Shown here piece by piece: positions 23,343 through 31,600 of a DNA stretch of 34,546 bases (positions are counted from its first letter, which is position 1; every line of letters begins with the position of its first letter). The DNA lies in IMG/VR virus record IMGVR_UViG_3300028844_001594, positions 1-34,546 of that record; one strand, given 5' to 3'. This stretch comes from a virus (Duplodnaviria > Caudoviricetes). The position numbers were made by a program, and so were the translations under genes. The notes under the pieces were generated by a model that searched no databases, was not told the origin of the DNA, and worked only from the letters and a program-made list of their open reading frames with translations.

Positions 23343-23677
23343 TGAGAGTAAAAACACAAAACCCAATTAAACTTCAAACAAAACAAAGAGGATGGAATTA
23401 TGATAAAAGATACACAATGAAAAATGTAAGTAATACAGAACTATTAAAATTCTATCTAATTATGATATCTAACGGCCAATTAGAACTTGGTTCAGCTGGC
23501 TATAAAAGAATGTGTGAGATATTGCAAAAAGTAATAGTAGATGAAATAAAAGTTAAAAGAGTAAGTTATCTAAGAAACTCTCCTGCAAGAAAGGAAGCAT
23601 CAAGAATCATTGCAACTGCGAATACTTATATTAAAGAGTATGAGTCATTTATGAAAAAGATTGGCGCTCAAGCATGA
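23342..23677 (+). CDS. hypothetical protein
   Basis: 111-aa ORF, translationally coupled at both ends. Confidence 0.7.
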   Translation: MRVKTQNPIKLQTKQRGWNYDKRYTMKNVSNTELLKFYLIMISNGQLELGSAGYKRMCEILQKVIVDEIKVKRVSYLRNSPARKEASRIIATANTYIKEYESFMKKIGAQA

Positions 23678-23886
23678 ATCAACCAAATGCTACAATTAAA
23701 CTTAATCTTAGTGAGTTAAATGTACTTCTTAAATCTTTAAGAACAGCAGGGATGGATAAAAGTGATTTATTCTTGTTTATTGATAATACTATAAATAAGT
23801 TAGAAGCCATGAAGCAAGAGCAATTAGATAAAGATATACACGAAGTAACTAACGGTTTTTGTCAACCGGGAGTTAATTGTGAGTAA
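23674..23886 (+). CDS. hypothetical protein
   Basis: 70-aa ORF with an ATGA overlap and a C-terminal CxxxxxC. Confidence 0.65.
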   Translation: MNQPNATIKLNLSELNVLLKSLRTAGMDKSDLFLFIDNTINKLEAMKQEQLDKDIHEVTNGFCQPGVNCE

Positions 23887-24073
23887 AAAAAACTTAGCCT
23901 TACTGCATTGTGCCAATTATAATAGAGGTAAATGCAGTGGGGTTTTGTTTGTTAGAAGTGAAAGTGGCAATCAAATAGGTCAAATAATTAACTCTGACTA
24001 TGAACAAAAAGAATGTTTCATAGATAAGGGTTGTGAATATTACGATAAATGCGTAAGACCTATTATCGTTTAA
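23879..24073 (+). CDS. small Cys-rich protein
   Basis: GTG start after GGGAG. Five Cys residues (CANY..GKC...C...C..Y..C). Confidence 0.6.
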   Translation: MSKKNLALLHCANYNRGKCSGVLFVRSESGNQIGQIINSDYEQKECFIDKGCEYYDKCVRPIIV

Positions 24074-24087
24074 CTCCGTAGTCACTT

Positions 24088-24125
24088 AAGGGGGGATTAT
24101 AGCTCTCTATCCCCCTTTCACTTTT
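24088..24125. terminator. terminator between convergent gene blocks
   Basis: AAGGGGGGAT...ATCCCCCTT stem followed by TCACTTTT. Lies at the junction of the plus and minus blocks. Confidence 0.65.
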
Positions 24126-24173
24126 AAAAAAATCTCATAGTACACCCATCAGATTTTAAAAAAAAACTTTTAT

Positions 24174-25607
24174 TTATTCATTGTCTTTTAAATAACTATA
24201 ACCAAGTAAACCTGAACTTGCTAAGCCTGCAATACCTGCCCCTGCTTGCACTCTATTCCTCATAAAGTAATTGTTGTACTGTGCAAAACCTTTTTGGTTT
24301 TTAGCATTTTTTACTATATTATCATGTTCTTTATATAACTTATTAATATTTACCCTATCTGTTTTAGCTAAGGGACTATAATTAGATAATATTTTTACTT
24401 GCTCTGCTTTTGTTGGGTCTAATTGTTTAGGTGTAGGCATAGCAAATCCACTATCTTTAATAGCTTTTCTTTGTGCTCTTCTAGCCATAATTTCTGCGTA
24501 TGCATCTGTATTATCAGAACCCTGCAAAGACTCTTTTAGTAAATCATCTGCCTCATCGTATAGCTCTTGTATGTTTTTTTTAGCCTTAGGTATACTTATT
24601 TCTCTAGCTTTAGTTATATTAAGTGTACTTCTACCTTTAGTTTCTGCTGATAAACCAAATAAATCAGGCCTATCACTTGCTAACATTTTTATCTTAGTTG
24701 GGTCTTTTTTAGGATTAAATTTTATTAAACCTTTATATCCACCCCAATCATAATTAGGTTTACCCTTAGGAGACATAGATATATAAATATCATCACCAAC
24801 CTGCGATGTATTAAAATCATTAAATATAGCTTTTACAGCTTTATAATTTCTATCCTTAGGTGTTTTTATATTATCCAATCTTTGTAATCCATTATATACC
24901 CTTCTGTCAAATTGTATCATTCTTAATACATCACTATGGGGTACATTTTTATATACCGCAAATTGATTATATAAAGTAGGGGTTTTTTGAAACCCTATAC
25001 CAAGCATTTTTAAGTCTTGTCCACTAAAATCATCAAGCACATTATACTTGTTTTTCATATCAACTAAAACGCCTTTGGCTGTACCACCTTCTCTGTTTAT
25101 AAATCTATTTATACCTTTATATGGTGATTTACCTGTGTACATATATGTATTTCTATAATCATTAGTAAGTTTAGCAAACACTTTTTTATCGGCATTTTTT
25201 ATTAAGCCTCTAGCTTTGGTATAACTTATTTCATCTCTTTTAAACATATCTATAGCTTCTTTTTTAACTATTTTAGATTGTTGATATATATCACTGCTAA
25301 CTTTAGATACACCAGTTTTTCTATATGCAAAAGATTGTGATGGACTTAATGATTGTTGAGCCATTCTTGCAGTGCCTTTAATCCCTTCTTTGCTTGCTAA
25401 AAATGCTTTACCTACTCCTCCTACTCCTTTACCATAAAAACCCTGAAGAAAGTTATTCATGCTTGATACAAACAAATTTCTAGCTCTACCTCCACCAAAT
25501 AATATTGCTCTACTAGCTAATCTTGCACTTGGTACAGCAATACTTGCTACTGTTGCAAGTTTTAATAAGTTATCTGCAAATTCATTATTATCTTTTTGTT
25601 CAGCCAT
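24174..25607 (-). CDS. basic virion/ejection-type protein, hypothetical
   Basis: 477 aa, TAATG-coupled to the giant gene. Ala/Gly-rich hydrophobic segments at both ends. Confidence 0.55.
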   Translation of the reverse strand: MAEQKDNNEFADNLLKLATVASIAVPSARLASRAILFGGGRARNLFVSSMNNFLQGFYGKGVGGVGKAFLASKEGIKGTARMAQQSLSPSQSFAYRKTGVSKVSSDIYQQSKIVKKEAIDMFKRDEISYTKARGLIKNADKKVFAKLTNDYRNTYMYTGKSPYKGINRFINREGGTAKGVLVDMKNKYNVLDDFSGQDLKMLGIGFQKTPTLYNQFAVYKNVPHSDVLRMIQFDRRVYNGLQRLDNIKTPKDRNYKAVKAIFNDFNTSQVGDDIYISMSPKGKPNYDWGGYKGLIKFNPKKDPTKIKMLASDRPDLFGLSAETKGRSTLNITKAREISIPKAKKNIQELYDEADDLLKESLQGSDNTDAYAEIMARRAQRKAIKDSGFAMPTPKQLDPTKAEQVKILSNYSPLAKTDRVNINKLYKEHDNIVKNAKNQKGFAQYNNYFMRNRVQAGAGIAGLASSGLLGYSYLKDNE

Positions 25608-28600
25608 TACATTATTCCAGAAAATAAATCAGATGCTTTAGCTCCGGGAGGAGACCAAGATTCTTCACCCTTTTCTTCCTTTTCCTTTTCCTTTACACTT
25701 AGTCTCTTTGCACTTACTACTGGTATACCCGTTAACTTGTCTATACCATAATAAGGATTATCTGTTAAACCACCCGGGCCAACAAGGTCTCTTGCTAATC
25801 TTCCAAATGGAAACATTGTCCAAGCGTAATAATTGCCCATCTTTTCCCAATCATCATTAATAAAACCATTAAGTATAGGCCCTGATAACCTAAATGATGG
25901 AGGCGTAATAAGTTGTAATGGAGCAAGAGCAGTTGGGTAAGAACCAAAAAAAGCTCTGTCTCTTTCTTTTTCATTTCCAAATACCCAATCAGATAAATCT
26001 TGGAACCAAGCATATGGTTGTGGCATTTGTGAGCCAAATAATGAATACATAAACATTGAACCAAGTGCTAAAGATACCATATCGGCCATCATAAGCCTTT
26101 TAAAGCGCTCATATTGCTGACTATTTGGGTCTACACCATAGATACTAGCTTCTTTTAAAATCTTATTTCTAAATCTTACACTATTCCAAGCCCATAATTG
26201 AAACCTAGTCATCACCTTACCCATAGCAGTACCTGCAAATAAAGGCCTAAATGGAACGCTATATAAAAATTGAGTAGCCTTAACCCCTCTTTTACCAAGT
26301 TCTATTAAGAAAGGATGGTCTCTTTCAAGTATTCTACCGCCAAGTTTATTTTTTGCTTGTATATAATGAGCTATAAATGAATCTCTACGCAATGCTCTTT
26401 CTGGCATTGACATAAATTTACCAGCTACATCCATCATTCCTTGACTTATTCCGTGCTTTTTACCTAAGTCTCTAAATTTAACATCAGGTAAATCAGGGTC
26501 TTTCTTAACAGCTTGTTTAAAGTCTTTTAAGAAGGAATTAAATTTAGCTCCAGTTAACCTTGGGTTGGCACCTATTTCACGAATTATAAATTCTTCAATG
26601 ATGCCTAGCTCTCTAACCCAAGTATTAACATCGTTCCAAGTTTTAAATTTGCTATCAATATTCCTTCTTAAAAAATCTAAATCTTTAGCTTTTCTAAAAT
26701 TATTCCACCCTGCATTAACAACAGTCATTTGTGTACCGCCTAAATAGTTACCAACACTTGACTTAGGGTGAGCAAGTAATGTAGCTAATGAATACTTAGC
26801 TTCTGCATTACCTATATTTATTACAGTTTGTGCATCTATGCGACCTAAGTCTTTTAACTCAGGTGGTAAATCTTTACCTACTAAATTTAACTTTTTAGCT
26901 ATTTTATCAAACCTTTGTGCTACCATATTATCAGCAAAAGCACTATAAAGTGTGCCTTTAATGTTCATATTCTTGTTTTCATATAATTGAGTAGGTATAA
27001 TACTAGGGAATCCTAAAGCTTGTTGACTGTAAAGTTTAAAAAAGTTCATCCAATTACTTTTTAATTCTGCAGGCATATCTCTATGTTTATCAGCAAACTT
27101 GACTATAGTTTCTCTAGCCATAAGCTGACCCACTTGTCTATATAACATTCTGTTAATACTATTACTATATTCAAGATAAGCTTCTGGGCTTAAATTCCAA
27201 CCATCAATATGATTTTCTCTTGAGAACTGACTGCCTATTTTACCTGTGTTTTCAAACCAAGTTATTTGCTCTTTTAAATCTTTTTTACCTTGATATTTAA
27301 CAATAGCATCTGTTACAGTTTCCCATGCTTCATTTTGTACATCCATTTCTACAAAATCACCACTAAGTTGTTTAGTTTGCATATAAACCTTAGCAATCTT
27401 TTCTTTCTTTTCAGCTTCGGGTAGGTTGCTTTCCCAAATCATTTTAATCTTTTTTCTTAAATCACCTGTAACAATTCCTCTTTCAAACATTTTAGATACA
27501 TGCGGGAAATAACCAAACAGTGCTTTCTTGTCTTTTACATATCCTTCAAAACCTAATTTACCCGTGCTTTGTAATGGCATTCTTGTTAATGCAGAGCTAG
27601 CTCCATTTCTTAAGGTTTTTCTTATTGGATTTTTATCTCCAGCTTGTCTTTCTGCGTTTCTTAATTGTTGTATCTGAAAGCTTAATATAATTTTACGCAT
27701 ACCATCTATGCCAATTTTATCCTCAGGCATAGCTTTACCATGTTTCATATGGTCTAAGAAAAAATCAATTACCTTTTTTCTATTAAAAAGGGGTATTTCT
27801 GTTTTATATCTATTCCCACTTGCATCAACACCTTCTATGTATTCTACATTTCCTCTACCATCTTTATTAGCAAAACTATTTACAAAGTCTACATCTCCTG
27901 TTAGCTTAACCCAGTTTTCTTGGTTTTTAACTGCTACTAAATCTTGTATTTCTCTAACAACTTCAAATGCAGGTTTTCTTTCACCGCCTACCATAGTTAG
28001 TAATTTTTCTCTGTTTTTATCCCATTCTACTTTTTCAGTCCATTCTTTTAGCCTGTTTTCATATGTTTGTGCGTAACTTTCTGATATAGCGTCTCCATCT
28101 TTAGCTCTTTGTCTTAATCTTGGTATTTCAAACTTTGCTTCTGCATCAGCCATAGCATACCACCATAAGTTTTCACCTAATTCAGTATTCATGTACTTTT
28201 CAGTAGCTTCACCCCATTTACGCTCTTCTCTTTGGCCTTGCATAGTACCAAGTTCTTGAGATAAATATATATGATTTTGTATTTCACCCATCCATCCTTG
28301 AGCTGATTTAGATTTACCCGTAACCCAATTACCGTATTTATCTTTAAATATAGTCTCTGAATCATTCCACTCTATTTCATGTCTCATTATGTCTCTTTCA
28401 ATAGCCTCAGGAAACATATGATAAAATCTTTTAGCTAATTTAGGAAATTTACCCTCTACTTTTGCAAAAGTTCTTTGAAACCAAGTACCATCTCTATGGC
28501 TTTTAAATATGTTATTTACAATTTTCCAATCAGTAGCGTTCATTACATTGATATCTTTATTAATCATATCTCTTACAATGTAATTTAAATTTTCTGCAGT

Positions 28601-31600
28601 TTTAGGGCCATAATAGTCTATATGGTCTCTTAATTCATTATACACCTTTACCATTGATTTATTTAATTTACCCTCTTTAAGGCCTTTAAATGGGGCGTAT
28701 TCGTCTAAATATTTATTAGTCTTTGAACTATAGTCTCTAGAATTAATAGCTAAACCCTGTGTTCTTTTACCGTCTTTATCAAACAATGGTTGTTTTTGAA
28801 ATTCTGCTTCAAAATTATCTACTATTTTATCAGCTGACTCTATAGGTAGTTTATCAGGTTTCATTTTATTAAATGCTTCATCCATGATATCAAGCTGTCT
28901 GCGTATTATATAATCACTCACTTCTTTAGATGCAAACCCAACCTTACTAAATTTAGTATTGTTTAACATCTTTTTTCTAGCTTCTAGATATCTTAATGCT
29001 TGGTTCTTTGACTTACCCGCAGGCATTTTATTTATACCTGTTTCTAGCTTTTTAACAAAAGCAGGGTCTCCTTTTTGCCAACTACTAATAAGTAAAGCAT
29101 CGTAAAGGTCTTGCCAAGCCTGTGGTTTTCCTTGTTTATCCATAGCAATCATACTATCTACCTGTATTTGGTCAAGCTCTGCAGATGTTTTTTCACCAGC
29201 GCTAGTTCTTTCTATTTCTAAAAGCCTGTTTTTTTCTGCATCAGATAAGTCCATTCTTTCAAGCTCGTCTACGGCTTGTCTTTCCTTGTCTAGTCTGCTT
29301 TTTATATTAGCTTTTTCTTCAGCAAGTCTAGCTATATTACTAAATTCTTCTTTACTTATTGCGTCTTTACGCCACACTTCATTTATAAGTTTTATACTAC
29401 TAGCGTCACCCATATCTTCAGAAACATATTCAGATGCTTGACGAACTAGATTGTCAATAACACTAGCTTTATCACTTCTGCTTTTTAGCATCTCAGGTAG
29501 CATTTTATTAATATCAGATTGAGTGAGGTTTTTATTTAAATCAAGTCTTTTATTGTAGTCTTTTTGCAATGATAAAAAATCATTTACATAATCCCTTCTT
29601 TTGTCTCTAGTAGTAGGAAAAAATAAATCATTATGAGGATTACTATTATACAAACTTCTAATTTTTGACAAGAATAAGTCAGGATTACTCGTTATTAGTC
29701 TATTGTACTCAACATCATTATCTATCATTCTAGACCTAGCTTCATAATCCCATAGTTTATTACCTCTTACTATTTGTATAGGTCTTTGCATACCAACTAC
29801 TAAACTTTGTCTTCCAAGTACATCTTTAATCTCTGTATACTCAGGCGTTTTTAAAGTTTCGTTTAAATCTCTATACCAAGTATCTAGTTTACCCTGCTCT
29901 ACTCTATGTAAAAATGAATCAGTCCAATCAATAGGTGTAACTAGCTTAGCAACTTTACCATAAAAAGTAATATCTGTTCTTTTGTTTTTACCAACGGGTG
30001 GAAGATTCTCACTCTGAACCATTCTATCTTTAAACTCAGGGTATGTATACATTCTATGAGTTCTTAAATTTCTACCAAACCCTGCGCTATTTATACCACT
30101 CATGATACTTAATATCATTTTACGCTTTTGATTTGCTTGCACATCTTCATTTTTAAATTTCCAATAACCTTTGCCTTCTTTTTTAGGATAAAACATAGTT
30201 ACATCAAATAAACTTTCATAAACCCTGTCAAAGAAAACTTCCATATTCTTTAATCCTGCTTCATCCATAGGGTCAGATGCTAAAGCAACACTAGCTCTAG
30301 CTCTTTTTCTAAATTCTGCTAAATCTTTTTGACTTGTTTTAGGAGTTATAATTCCAAAATTACCTCTGCCTAAATCTATTTTAAGCTCTTTTAAATTGTT
30401 AGCTTCTAAATGACTGCGGATATGATTATAAGTAGCAAGTACTGTTGCTCTATTTACAACAGCAGGGCCCAACATAGCTCTTCCCTCATAAGCGCCTTTA
30501 CTAGCCTGCATTCTCATAAGAGGACTATATCTTAAAGTAGGGCTTTTAATCCTTTTTAATGTTTCTGGATTACTCTCAGCAAACATTTTTCTCATATCAT
30601 CAGGTTTATTAAAACTTACTACAGGGTTTCCATCTTTATCTTTAGTGTAAAATTCTTCTTTTTGTTTCCCGTAAGCATCTCTCCAGTCTTTTCTAAAACC
30701 ACTTTTTTCTCCACCAAAAAATATAGTGGCCTTATCACCGTCTAAATCAGCCCCTCCCAAAGCTTCCATTGTTCTTGGATGTAGTATACTACCATAGCCT
30801 TTTCTACTTGTAAAACCAGCAAATGCGAGCTTATGAGCACCACTTAAAGAATCCATAGGAACTCGTACACCTACTCCTTCAAATATATTCTCATACATTT
30901 CTTTAGTGTTTTTATCCATTGTAGACTTTCTATCTACATACTCATTCCATAATTCGCCAAGTTTTCTTTGTTGACCATTATCCATATAGATTCTAGTCTC
31001 TCTATGTCCTTCATCTAAGAAAAATATGCTATCATTCTTTTCAAGTAATGTTAAATCACCATACTTGTTTTTAAGAGTTCTTACATAGGGGTCATACCCA
31101 GTCATCCTAGTAGCTACGCTATTTTTAATTCTTGGTTTAACTATTTGCGCCATAATATAGTTACGCATAGCTGATTGTCTATATTGATTTCCAACCTTGT
31201 GTAATAAAGGAATAAGCGAATTAGGCTTTAATTGAGTCATTCTTTCAAATGTACTAGTCCATTCCATAGCATCAAGTTTCATTAAATTAGCATCTCGACT
31301 ACTTATTTCACCTTCTTCCATTAATTCAGATGTTACTTCTTCATTGATTTTTAAAATCTTTTTATAAGCCTTTATAGCAAATGATTCATTTTTAGTATTA
31401 GACATTAAGCTTAATAGTTTTTGTACACCAACATCTTCTATATTAGCTATTATCCTATCTTCTAATTTTTCATTCATTGGTTCAGCAAGTAATTTATCTG
31501 CTTCTTTATTCCAAAGCTCTTCACCTTTAAAAGAGCGCTCAGACACTTCATTAAAAATATTATCAATTACTTTTTGTTCTATTTTTTTAAATCCAAATGG

